Shown here in pieces: positions 8,137 to 17,808 of a stretch of DNA of 19,964 nt. The notes under the pieces were generated by a model, which saw only the letters and a list, made by a program, of their open reading frames with translations, was not told the DNA's origin and searched no databases. The stretch covers positions 1-19,964 of the forward strand of contig JAWSUI010000063.1 of NCBI GenBank assembly GCA_033551855.1, written 5' to 3'. Both the position numbers and the translations under genes were made by a program. Position 1 is the stretch's first letter, and each line of letters opens with the position of its first letter. The stretch is from Deferrisomatales bacterium. GTDB taxonomy: Bacteria; Desulfobacterota; Deferrisomatia; Deferrisomatales; JACRMM01.

Positions 8137-9816
8137 ATGGCCGAGCAGGCGGGAAAGCGGTTCCTGTTCCTCGGGGGCGTGCCCGTCTTCGACTACCTCA
8201 TCTCGGTGCGCATGGACGAGATCGCCCGGGCCACCGAGGACCGGGTCGTCACCGTCGGCGACCGCATCCTCCTGCCCCTAGGCACGGTCTTCCGGTTCCA
8301 GGTGGAGGGGTCCGGCGAGACCCGGGTGGTCAACCCCATGGCCAGCCGGGAAGTGCAGCAGGTGCACGACCGGTGCTACTACTCCCTGGAGCTGGGGGGA
8401 AAGCACGCCGAGCAGTATGGCTTCACCCTGTGCGGCGACCTGCCGTCGGCCGCCGCCGAGCTCCGGCAGGCCTTCCCGGACCAGATCCGGGGCGAGAGCG
8501 ACCTGAAGGTGGTGGAGGTCTCCGCCCCGGCGCTGCTGCGGCTGGGGGGGAACAACAAGAACATCGTCGAGGGGATCCACACCCTCTACACCTCCCCGGA
8601 GCTCCGGGACCGGGTCGAGGGGGTGCGCTTCGAGCACCACTTCTTCTGCGATACCCGGGAGCCCAAGCACGGGCTGATCCAGGAGCTCTATGGGCGGCTG
8701 GGGGTCACCCTCGGCCGGCCCGAGGTGATGCACGTGGAGGGGTTGGCGCCCCGCATCGGCTACGTCTTCACCCTGCAGGACCCCTCGGGGGAGCCCCTGG
8801 ACCGGGTCATCCTGGCCAGTCGGACCAACGAGGAGATCATCCCCGCAGAGCAGCTCCGCAAGACCTACTTCGACCTGGAGTACCGCCTGCGGCGCGACCC
8901 CCGGTGGGTGGACACCCACCTGGTCGTCAACTCCATGACCAACCCGGAGGAGGTCCGGCTCCTCCTGCGCCTGCTCCAGACCGCCTACGCCGGGGGGGCG
9001 ATCACCACCGTCTGCCCGACCTTGACGTTCCTGCGCTGCCTGGACCGGCTGGTGGAGGCGCGTTACTTCACCACGGAGGAGGAGAGGTTCTTCTCCTACC
9101 GGAAGGACCTCGTCTACGCGGCCATCCTCCCCTTCGTCCAGTACCTGATCCTGAACCGCGACGAGCTCTCGGCCCTGGACGACGCCGTGGCCAAGCGGGG
9201 CGTCGACGCGACGGCGAGCTTCGTGGCCAACCGGATGAACCGGGGCAAGCGTGAGGACTGCGCCGAGGGGGGCAAGGTCGTGGTGACCGGGGGGAGCAAG
9301 GGCGCCCGCCTCACCGAGCGGCTGAGCCCGGAACGCGCCGCCGTTTTCTGGCGAAAGGCGGAGCTCCCCCCCGACCGGGCGGTGCGGTTCGGGGAGCGCC
9401 GGATCGTCTGCGGCAACGACTACGTCACGGAGCTCACCACCACCCTCGGGGCCGGCGACGTCTTCACGGGGATCTTCATCGGCCTCACGTCCCTGGGCTG
9501 GGACGGGGGCCACGCCCTCCGGGCCGCCACCCTAGGGGCGCAGCACTTCATCCGCCACCGGACCCAGCCCCGGCTGGCGGACATGGTGGCGGTGGACGAG
9601 GAGCACATCCGCCTGGGAACCGAGACCGAGCTCCTGGACGTGATCTCGCACCACCTGGCCGCCGCAGGCGACCCGACCCGCTACGGCACCATCTCCGACA
9701 CCGTGATCACGATCCGGACGACCCAGATCCAGCACCCCTTCCGCGAGATCCTCGCCCTGGAGGCCGACCGCCCGGGACGGTGGGCCGCGTTCTCCCGCCG
9801 CCCGGCCGGGCCGTGA
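8137..9816 (+). CDS. Large PfkB/ribokinase-superfamily carbohydrate kinase, 559 aa
   Basis: LGGNNKN, LNRDEL, VVVTGGSKGA and the anion-hole motif TTLGAGDVF; GGAGG RBS. Confidence 0.75.
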   Translation: MAEQAGKRFLFLGGVPVFDYLISVRMDEIARATEDRVVTVGDRILLPLGTVFRFQVEGSGETRVVNPMASREVQQVHDRCYYSLELGGKHAEQYGFTLCGDLPSAAAELRQAFPDQIRGESDLKVVEVSAPALLRLGGNNKNIVEGIHTLYTSPELRDRVEGVRFEHHFFCDTREPKHGLIQELYGRLGVTLGRPEVMHVEGLAPRIGYVFTLQDPSGEPLDRVILASRTNEEIIPAEQLRKTYFDLEYRLRRDPRWVDTHLVVNSMTNPEEVRLLLRLLQTAYAGGAITTVCPTLTFLRCLDRLVEARYFTTEEERFFSYRKDLVYAAILPFVQYLILNRDELSALDDAVAKRGVDATASFVANRMNRGKREDCAEGGKVVVTGGSKGARLTERLSPERAAVFWRKAELPPDRAVRFGERRIVCGNDYVTELTTTLGAGDVFTGIFIGLTSLGWDGGHALRAATLGAQHFIRHRTQPRLADMVAVDEEHIRLGTETELLDVISHHLAAAGDPTRYGTISDTVITIRTTQIQHPFREILALEADRPGRWAAFSRRPAGP

Positions 9817-9830
9817 CCTCCTGACAGGCG

Positions 9831-10483
9831 AACGCAACATACCGAGGACAGCGACTCCCACGATCGCGGATCGCGCAGCGAAGCGGAAGGCCCCCTCGGA
9901 CCCGGCCCCCTACCTCCGCCCCCTGAGCTCCGGGTCCTAGGGGCTTCGGCGCAGCGGCGCGCCGCCTCCACCGAAGCGGTGCCACCCGCCGAAGCCTCCT
10001 GTGCCGGCCGAACGAAGGATGCAGGGGACAGCGACTCCGACAATCGCGGATTGCGCCGCGAAGCCGAAGACCCCCTCGGGCCCGGAGCACCACCCCCCAC
10101 CACCGCTCCCCTCCGCCCCGGGTCCGTGGGGGGCTTCGGCGCAGCGGCACGCCGCCTCCACCGGAGCGGTGCCGCCCGCCGAAGCCTCCGGTGCCGGCCG
10201 AACGAAGGATGCAGGGGACAGCGACTCCGACAATCGCGGATTGCGCCGCGAAGCCGAAGACCCCCTCGGGCCCGGAGCACCACCCCCCACCACCGCTCCC
10301 CTCCGCCCCGGGTCCGTGGGGGGCTTCGGCGCAGCGGCACGCCGCCTCCACCGGAGCGGTGCCGCCCGCCGAAGCCTCCGGTGCCGGCCGAACGAAGGAT
10401 GCAGGGGACAGCGACTCCGACAATCGCGGATTGCGCCGCAAAGCCGAAGGCCCCCTCGGGCCCGGAGCACCACCCCCCACCAC
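9831..10483. repeat. Tandem array of ~190-bp structured units (three full, one partial)
   Basis: Units start at 9831 (180 bp, diverged), 10011 and 10201 (identical, 190 bp) and 10391 (93 bp partial, 2 mismatches). Confidence 0.95.
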
Positions 10484-10570
10484 TCCTTCCTTGTCACCGC
10501 CGTCCCTCCTGGGGCAGACTTCGGCCCCTCCACCGACGGGGTCCGCCACTCGAGCCGCGGGAGTCCTTCC

Positions 10571-12583
10571 ATGACCCAGCCGTCCGACCTGCTGTCCGTC
10601 AACACCTTGCGTTTCCTGGCCGTGGACGCGGTCGAACGGGCGCGGTCGGGGCACCCCGGGATGCCCATGGGCGCGGCGGCCATGGCCCACGCCCTCTGGA
10701 CCCGATTCCTCCGGTTCGACCCGGCGGAGCCGGGGTGGGCGGACCGGGACCGGTTCGTCCTCTCTGCGGGGCACGGCTCCATGCTGCTCTACGGACTGCT
10801 GCACCTGGCGGGCTTCCCCCTGGGCCTGGACGACCTTCGCCGGTTCCGCCAGTGGGACTCCCTCACGCCCGGCCACCCCGAGTCCTTCGTGACCCCCGGC
10901 GTGGAGACCACCACCGGGCCCCTGGGCCAGGGCGTGGGGGTGGCGGTGGGGATGGCCCTTGCCGAGCGCCACCTGGCGGCCCGGTTCAACCGGCCCGGCT
11001 TCCCCTTGGTGGACCACTGGACCTACGCCATCGCCAGCGACGGGGACCTGATGGAGGGCGTAGCCTCCGAGGCCGCGAGCCTCGCGGGGCACCTGGGGCT
11101 CGGCAAGCTCGTCGTCCTCTACGACGACAACCGGATCACCATCGAGGGCGAGACGGGTCTCGCCTTCTCCGAGGATGTGGAGGCGCGGTTCGCGGCCTAC
11201 GGCTGGCAGACCCTCGCCGTGGAGGACGGCAACGACGTGGAGGCCCTGGCCTCCGCCCTGGAGGCGGCCCGCGCCGACACCGGCCGGCCGAGCCTGATCC
11301 GCGTGCGCACCCACATCGGGTTCGGGAGCCCGGGCAAGCAGGACACGGCCGACGCCCACGGGGCCCCGCTGGGGCCGGAGGAGGCGCGCCGAGCCAAGGA
11401 GAACCTGGGCTGGCCTCTGGAGCCTGCGTTCCACGTGCCGGACGGGGCGCGGGAGCCCTACGCCCGCGCAGCGGCGGCCGGCAGGGGTGCGCGGCAGGCT
11501 TGGGAGGAGCTCCTGGAGGCCTACCGCCGGGCCCACCCGGGCCTCGCCGCCGAGTGGGAGCGCCGAGCGGCGGGCAGGCTCCCCGACGGCTGGGAGACAG
11601 CCCTCCCGACCTTTCCCCCGGATCCCAAGGGGGCGGCCACGCGGGTCTCGGGCGGAAAGGTCCTCAACGCCCTGGCCAAGGTCCTCCCCGAGCTCGTGGG
11701 GGGCTCGGCGGATCTTGCACCTAGCACGAAGACCCTCATCTCCGGCGAAGGGGACTTTAGCCGGCAGAACCCGGCGGGCCGAAACCTGCGCTTCGGGATT
11801 CGCGAGCACGGGATGGCCGCGGTCCTGAACGGCATGGCGGGCCACGGGGGCCTTCGCCCCTACGGCTCGACCTTCTTCGTCTTCGCCGACTACCTGCGCC
11901 CGAGCCTGCGGCTCGCCGCCCTCTCGGGCCTCCCGGTAGTCCACGTCTTCACCCACGACAGCCTCTTCGTGGGGGAGGACGGCCCCACCCACCAGCCGGT
12001 GGAGCACCTGCCCAGCCTGCGGGCCATGCCGGGCCTCACCGTGATCCGTCCCGGCGACGCCAACGAGGCCGCCGAGGCCTGGCGCATCGCCCTGGAGAAC
12101 ACGGCCGGCCCCACCGCCCTGGTGCTCACCCGCCAGGACCTGCCCACCCTGGACCGGGCCGGGCTCGGCCCAGCGGAGGGGCTTCGCAGGGGCGGGTACG
12201 TGCTCAAGGAAGCCGCCGGGGGCGCCGGCACCGCGCGCCTGGTCCTGATCGCCTCGGGCTCCGAGGTCGCGCCGGCTCTGGATGCCGCCGCCCAGCTCGA
12301 GGTTCGGGGCACACCCACCCGGGTGGTGAGCCTGCCCTGCTGGGAGCTCTTCGAGGCCCAACCCCGGGAGTACCGCGACGAGACCCTCCCCCCGTCCGTC
12401 ACGGCGCGGGTGGCGGTGGAGGCCGCGAGCCCCTTCGGGTGGGAGCGCTACGTCGGGCCCCGGGGGGCCGTGGTGGGCATGCCCCGCTTCGGCGCGAGCG
12501 CGCCGGCGGAGGTCCTTGGCGAGAAGTTCGGGTTCACGGCGGAGAACGTGGTGCGGGTGGCCCTCGAGGTGCTGGGGGGCTGA
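10571..12583 (+). CDS. tkt: Transketolase
   Basis: [33 protein letters not shown], the TPP motif [15 protein letters not shown] and GEDGPTHQP. True start taken as ATG 10571 (670 aa). Confidence 0.97.
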   Translation: MTQPSDLLSVNTLRFLAVDAVERARSGHPGMPMGAAAMAHALWTRFLRFDPAEPGWADRDRFVLSAGHGSMLLYGLLHLAGFPLGLDDLRRFRQWDSLTPGHPESFVTPGVETTTGPLGQGVGVAVGMALAERHLAARFNRPGFPLVDHWTYAIASDGDLMEGVASEAASLAGHLGLGKLVVLYDDNRITIEGETGLAFSEDVEARFAAYGWQTLAVEDGNDVEALASALEAARADTGRPSLIRVRTHIGFGSPGKQDTADAHGAPLGPEEARRAKENLGWPLEPAFHVPDGAREPYARAAAAGRGARQAWEELLEAYRRAHPGLAAEWERRAAGRLPDGWETALPTFPPDPKGAATRVSGGKVLNALAKVLPELVGGSADLAPSTKTLISGEGDFSRQNPAGRNLRFGIREHGMAAVLNGMAGHGGLRPYGSTFFVFADYLRPSLRLAALSGLPVVHVFTHDSLFVGEDGPTHQPVEHLPSLRAMPGLTVIRPGDANEAAEAWRIALENTAGPTALVLTRQDLPTLDRAGLGPAEGLRRGGYVLKEAAGGAGTARLVLIASGSEVAPALDAAAQLEVRGTPTRVVSLPCWELFEAQPREYRDETLPPSVTARVAVEAASPFGWERYVGPRGAVVGMPRFGASAPAEVLGEKFGFTAENVVRVALEVLGG

Positions 12584-12663
12584 GGGACGCCGATACTGAG
12601 GGGCGAACCCCTGGACGCCCCGGCCGAACCGCGGTATGAGGGTGCGAGCAAGGAGGCTCCCCC

Positions 12664-14577
12664 ATGCCCGTCGTCACGAGCTGCACCCTCGACTGCCCGG
12701 ACCGCTGCTCCCTCGTCGCCGACGCGGGCCCCGGCGGCGTGCACCTGCGGGGCGACCCGGACCACCCCTACACCCGCGGGTTCACCTGCACCAAGATCCG
12801 GCGCTACCCCGGCCGGCTGACCAGCCCCCACCGCATCCGCGAGCCCTGGGTCCGCTCGGGCGACCACTTCCGCCAGGCGTCCTGGGAGGAAGCCCTCGAC
12901 CTGGTCTGCGGCGCCCTGCGGCGCGCCTGCCGGGAGGACCCCGCTTCGGTGCTCCACGTGCGGGGCTACGGGTCCATGGGGATGACCAAGGTCTTCGTGG
13001 AGCGGGTGTTCTCGCTCCTGGGGGCCCGCACCACCCGGGGGTCCCTGTGCGAGGCGGCGGGGATCGCGGCCCTGGCCCTCGACGCGGGGCGGCTCGACAT
13101 GAACGACCCCCGGGAGATCGACGCTGCCGAGGCGGTGGTCCTCTGGGGCAAGCGCCCGCGGGCGAGCTCCATCCACACCGCGGCCCAGGTGGCCGCCGCC
13201 CGGAAGCGGGGCGCCCCGGTGGTCGCCGTGGACCCGGACCCCGGGAGCCTCCAGGGCCAGGCCGACGCCGTCCTGCGGGTCGCCCCGGGGACCGACCGGT
13301 TCCTCGCCCTGGCCTGCGCCCGGCTCCTCCTCGACGACCCGCGCTGCCGTGCCCCCTGGGACCGGGCGGCCAATCCAGAGGCCTTCCGGGCCCTCCTGGC
13401 CCGCCACGAACTGGACGAGCTCCTCGCGGCCTGCGGCCTGGCCCGGGCGGACGCGCAGCGCCTCGCCTCCCTCTACGCGGCCACGCCGCGGGTCGCCACG
13501 ATCCTCGGGTGGGGCGCCCAGCGCCACCCCCTGGGCGGGGAGAACGTGCGGGCAGTCCACGCCCTGGCCTTCCTCGCCGGCACCCTGGGGAGACCCGGCG
13601 GCGGCCTCTACTACGCCGTCCCCTCCTCCCGGCACCTCCGACCGCCCGGCCTCGAGGGCTTTCCGACCCCGGAACCGCTCCTGCTCCCCCTCCTGTCCGA
13701 TGAGCTCGGCCGGGCGCGGCCGCCCGTGCGTCTCGTGTGGTTCACGTGCTCGAACCTGCTCAACCAGGGGCCCGACGCCAAGGCCCTGCGGGAAGCCTTC
13801 GACGCCGTGGAGACCCGGGTGGTGGTGGACGGCTTCTGGACCGAGACGGCCCGCCGCGCCACCGTGGTGCTCCCGGCGGTGCTCTGGCTGGAGGAGGAAG
13901 ACCTTGCGGCGTCCTACTGGCACGGGGGCATCGGCCCCGCGCGCCGCGTCGTGGACCCTCCGGAGGGGTGCCGCACGGACTTCGAGATCGCCTCCCGGGT
14001 GGCCGACCGCCTGGGCGTGCGGACCCCCTGGCCGACGGCAGACGAGTGGCTCGCTGCCTGCTTGCCCCCCGGGACCCCGTCCCTGGAGGAGGTCCGGAGG
14101 CGAGGGTGGCACGTGGCCCCCGTGCCCCCCGTGGCCTGGGCCGATGGGTCCGCCCACCCGGACGGGAAGTTCCGGCTCCTGGAGCACCTCACCGCCGAAC
14201 CCCCGCCGGATCCGGCCCACCCCTTCCGCCTGCTCACCCTCATCCGGGCCGACGCGCTCCACTCCCAGCTTCTCCCCGAGGAGCAGCGGGGGCCGCTGCC
14301 GGTGCGCCTGAACGCCGAGACCGCGGCCGGCCTGGGCCTCGAGGCCGGGAGCCCGGTTCGGCTGGCCGGGACGGCCGGAGAGCTGGAAGGGGAGGTCCAC
14401 CTCGACCCCCTGCTCCACCCCGGCGCCGTGGCGTGCCCGCGGGGGGGGTGGCTCGGCCTGGGCCAGGGGGTGAACGAAGCCACGACCGCCGCCCTCACCG
14501 ACCTCGGGGAGGGCGCGGCCTACTACGGCACCCGGGTCCGGGTCGAGCCGGCCACCCATCGGCGCGGCGGCCCGTGA
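12664..14577 (+). CDS. Molybdopterin (bis-MGD) oxidoreductase catalytic subunit, substrate unknown
   Basis: N-terminal Fe-S motif CTLDCPDRC..GFTCTK, plus SWEEALD, PGTDRFLA, TETARRATVVLPA and a C-terminal dinucleotide-binding region; AGGAGG RBS; no obvious Tat signal. Confidence 0.88.
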   Translation: MPVVTSCTLDCPDRCSLVADAGPGGVHLRGDPDHPYTRGFTCTKIRRYPGRLTSPHRIREPWVRSGDHFRQASWEEALDLVCGALRRACREDPASVLHVRGYGSMGMTKVFVERVFSLLGARTTRGSLCEAAGIAALALDAGRLDMNDPREIDAAEAVVLWGKRPRASSIHTAAQVAAARKRGAPVVAVDPDPGSLQGQADAVLRVAPGTDRFLALACARLLLDDPRCRAPWDRAANPEAFRALLARHELDELLAACGLARADAQRLASLYAATPRVATILGWGAQRHPLGGENVRAVHALAFLAGTLGRPGGGLYYAVPSSRHLRPPGLEGFPTPEPLLLPLLSDELGRARPPVRLVWFTCSNLLNQGPDAKALREAFDAVETRVVVDGFWTETARRATVVLPAVLWLEEEDLAASYWHGGIGPARRVVDPPEGCRTDFEIASRVADRLGVRTPWPTADEWLAACLPPGTPSLEEVRRRGWHVAPVPPVAWADGSAHPDGKFRLLEHLTAEPPPDPAHPFRLLTLIRADALHSQLLPEEQRGPLPVRLNAETAAGLGLEAGSPVRLAGTAGELEGEVHLDPLLHPGAVACPRGGWLGLGQGVNEATTAALTDLGEGAAYYGTRVRVEPATHRRGGP

Positions 14578-14753
14578 TCTCGGACGAACGGAAACCGAGA
14601 CGACGCGCCGGCCCCGGCCGGCCCCGGCCGGCCCAAAGAACGTCGAGACCGGCGAAAAGCGGAGCCCACGCCCGTCCCACCTCCCTTGCGTCGCCTACGT
14701 CTCTTCCGTAAGGCGACCTTCCCGCCGGCACCTGCACCCGCCCAGGAGGCCCC

Positions 14754-17700
14754 ATGGACGCCAGAACGGAGCTCCGCGTGTACCGCCGCTTTCTCCAGGC
14801 CCTGCACGACCACTGCGAGGCTTCGTCCCGAAGCCTGGAGTGGCTTCGCCGGCACATGCACCCGTACTTCTTCATCACCATGGCCGACGAGACCGAGGCC
14901 GTGGTGAACCTGGCCTCCGGACTCGCGTCCCTGGGGGAGAATCGGCGCATCACCCTGGTGGACCAGGAGAAGAAGCTCGTCTGGGCCTGCATGAACCGGC
15001 CGGGCTCGGTGTACCGGTCGCTCCTCGAGATCCAGGACCGGCCCCTCTCCTACGCGGAGATCACCCACTCCTACCACCCCGTCCCGGAGCTGTGCTGCGA
15101 GCTCGAGATCCAGCGCTTCGAGTTCGACCGCAAGTCGAACGGGGAGGTGGCCCGGGCGGCCCGCAGCGGCCCCGCCCCCGTTCCCGACCGGGTGCGGCGG
15201 GGGGTGTCCCGCGCCCTGCGCGCCCTGTACCCCCGCTTCGACTTCGGGGAACTCCGGAAGGTGCTCGACCTCCTCTGGCTCAACGCCGAGCGCTACGTGG
15301 CGGTCTCGCCCCCCGAGCGGGTGGCGCGGGTGCTCTGGCTCTACCAGCAGGGGCGCCTCCACGACGGTTTGTTCCTCGACGCGGAGAACACCCGAGACGT
15401 GGTGCACCACCGGGAGACCCGGCTCCTCTTCTCGGTGGGCAACCCGGACGAGCGGGGGTTCCTGGCCCAGGCCCTCGAGGTCTTCCACCGCCTGGAGCTG
15501 GCGGTGCGGCGCTCCTACTGCCTCACCCTCTCCACCGGGGTCCACCCCTACTTCCTCGGCACCTTTTACGTGACGACCCGCGAGGGGGGGCTCCTCCAGA
15601 AGGACTCCGAGCTCTTCCGCACCCTCCAATCCGAGCTCTACAACACCCAGATCCTCTCCACCACGGGCCGCACCTACACCGAGTTCGTGGCCGACCGCGT
15701 CATGACCGGGGAGGAGGCGTCCCTAACCAACGCCTTCATCGCCTTCTCCCACACGAACCTGGCCCACAGCCAGCCCGACCGGTTCGACCTGGGGGAGGTG
15801 AGAAGAGCCTTCCACGCGAGCCCCGACGTGGTCCTGCAGCTCGCCCGGCTCTTCCGGGCCCGCTTCGACCCGGACCTGGGAGCGCCCGGGGCGCCGGCCC
15901 GCCGGGCCGCGTGCGACGAGGCGTTGGCGGCCTCCCGGGCCCTGGTGGAGAGCTACAACACGGGCCACCGCCACCTGGACGAGGTCCGGCGGACGATCTT
16001 CCGCACCGCGCTCTTCCTGGTCACCCACACCCTCAAGACCAACTTCTTCGTGCCGGAGAAGCACGCCCTGGCCTTCCGGCTCGACCCCTCGTACCTCCAG
16101 GAGTTCGAGCCCGAGCTCACCGCGGACCTCCCCGCCGGCGAGCCGTTCCGGATCACCTTCTTCTACGGGCGCCACGGGTCGGGCTACCACGTGGGCTTCT
16201 CCGACATCGCCCGGGGCGGGTGGCGAACCGTGCCCTGCACCTCCCCCGACGACTTCCTGGCCGCCGCCAACACCCTCTTCCGCGAGGTCTACGTGCTGGC
16301 CCACACCCAGCACCTGAAGAACAAGGACATCTACGAGGGGGGCTCCAAGATGGTGGTCGTCCTCGACACCTCCGACGTCCACGACCGGGAGCTCCGCACC
16401 CAGCGCCTCTACAAGCTCCAGTACGGGTTCCTGAACGCCTTCCTCGACCTCTTCGTCACGAAGGACGGTCGCGCCGCCCACCCCCGCGTCGTGGACTACT
16501 ACGGCGAGGACGAGCCGATCGAGCTGGGGCCCGACGAGAACATGCACGACGCGATGATCGAGCTCATCGCCCGCCAAGCAGCCCGGCGCGGCTACATCCT
16601 CGGCAAGGGGATCATCTCGTCCAAGGAGGTGGGCATCAACCACAAGGAGTACGGCGTGACCTCCCTGGGGGTCGTCACCATGGCCGAGACCGCCCTCGCG
16701 GAGCTCGGCATCGACCCCCGCCGGGACCCCTTCACGGTCTCGATGACCGGGGGCCCCAACGGCGACGTGGCCGGAAACGCCATGCGGCTCCTGCTGGCCC
16801 GGTGCCCCGGGGTCCGCATCCTCTCCATCGTGGCCGGCTCGGGGGCCGTGTACGACCCCGAGGGGATCGACCGGGAGGAGCTCTCCCGCCTCGTGCTCCA
16901 GGCCAACGTCGACGCCTTCGACCCGGACCGGCTCCACCCCGGGGGATTCCTGCTCCTGCGCCGGGGCCGGAAGCAGGAGGGCCTCAAGGAGCTCTACCGG
17001 AAGCTCGTGCGCACCCCGGCCGGCGTCGCGGAGCAGTGGGTCACGGCGGACGAGCTCCACCGGGAGCTCGACGACCTCATCTTCACCGTCCCCGCGGACC
17101 TCTTCCTGCCGGGGGGCGGCCGGCCCGAGACCATCGACGCCCGAAACGCGGGGCGGCTCTTCCGGGAGGACGGCACCCCGCTCGTGCGAGCCGTGGTGGA
17201 GGGAGCGAACTCCTTCGTCACCCCGGAAGCCCGCACCGAGCTCCAGCGCCGCGGCGTGATCGTGCTGCGCGACGCCTCCGCGAACAAGTGCGGGGTCATC
17301 TCCTCGTCCTACGAGATCCTGGCGAACCTCCTCCTCAGCGACGAGGAGTTCCTGGCGCGCAAGGCCCAGTACGTGGCCGACGTGCTGCGCATCCTGGAAA
17401 AGCGGGCCGGCGACGAGGCCCGGCTCATCTTCCGGCGCCATCGGGAGGCCGGCGGGACGCGCGCCTACACGGAAATCTCCAACGCCCTGAGCGGTGAGAT
17501 CAACGCCCACTACGAGCGCCTCTTCGCCTTCTTCCTGGCCCGGCCCGAGCTGGTGTCCCAGCCATACCTGCGTCGGGTGCTCCTGAACCACCTGCCGGAG
17601 CTGGTGAGCCGAGACCCCGTGCTCCGCCGGCGGGTGGGCCGGCTGCCCTTCAAGATCCGCTGCGCCGTCTTGGCCGTCGAGCTCGCGACCTCCATCGTCT

Positions 17701-17771
17701 ACCGCGGCGGCTGGGAACCCGACCTGGAGAGCAGCATCCGCGCCTACGCGAAGCGGGCGTTCGGGGGGTAG
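14754..17771 (+). CDS. Large NAD-specific glutamate dehydrogenase, 1005 aa
   Basis: DIARGGWR, KNKDIYEGGSK, LGPDEN, HKEYGVTS, TGGPNGDVAGN, VEGANSF and DASANKCGVISSSYE; AGGAGG RBS. Confidence 0.9.
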   Translation: MDARTELRVYRRFLQALHDHCEASSRSLEWLRRHMHPYFFITMADETEAVVNLASGLASLGENRRITLVDQEKKLVWACMNRPGSVYRSLLEIQDRPLSYAEITHSYHPVPELCCELEIQRFEFDRKSNGEVARAARSGPAPVPDRVRRGVSRALRALYPRFDFGELRKVLDLLWLNAERYVAVSPPERVARVLWLYQQGRLHDGLFLDAENTRDVVHHRETRLLFSVGNPDERGFLAQALEVFHRLELAVRRSYCLTLSTGVHPYFLGTFYVTTREGGLLQKDSELFRTLQSELYNTQILSTTGRTYTEFVADRVMTGEEASLTNAFIAFSHTNLAHSQPDRFDLGEVRRAFHASPDVVLQLARLFRARFDPDLGAPGAPARRAACDEALAASRALVESYNTGHRHLDEVRRTIFRTALFLVTHTLKTNFFVPEKHALAFRLDPSYLQEFEPELTADLPAGEPFRITFFYGRHGSGYHVGFSDIARGGWRTVPCTSPDDFLAAANTLFREVYVLAHTQHLKNKDIYEGGSKMVVVLDTSDVHDRELRTQRLYKLQYGFLNAFLDLFVTKDGRAAHPRVVDYYGEDEPIELGPDENMHDAMIELIARQAARRGYILGKGIISSKEVGINHKEYGVTSLGVVTMAETALAELGIDPRRDPFTVSMTGGPNGDVAGNAMRLLLARCPGVRILSIVAGSGAVYDPEGIDREELSRLVLQANVDAFDPDRLHPGGFLLLRRGRKQEGLKELYRKLVRTPAGVAEQWVTADELHRELDDLIFTVPADLFLPGGGRPETIDARNAGRLFREDGTPLVRAVVEGANSFVTPEARTELQRRGVIVLRDASANKCGVISSSYEILANLLLSDEEFLARKAQYVADVLRILEKRAGDEARLIFRRHREAGGTRAYTEISNALSGEINAHYERLFAFFLARPELVSQPYLRRVLLNHLPELVSRDPVLRRRVGRLPFKIRCAVLAVELATSIVYRGGWEPDLESSIRAYAKRAFGG

Positions 17772-17808
17772 GGAGGCGAATCCGGGGGTCCCGGTCGTAA
17801 GGACCACC

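Noticed and set aside
9831..10483. CRISPR array
   Set aside because: Units are ~190 bp and duplicated in full, with no unique spacers and no cas genes in the window.
10001..10570. 190-aa N-terminal extension of transketolase
   Set aside because: It is read-through of the stop-free 190-bp repeat, whose length is not a multiple of 3; transketolase homology begins at ATG 10571.
14578..14753. Possible riboswitch upstream of gdh (hairpin GTCGCCT...AGGCGAC, CCGG-rich tract)
   Set aside because: No recognisable aptamer consensus; short stems are expected by chance in GC-rich DNA.
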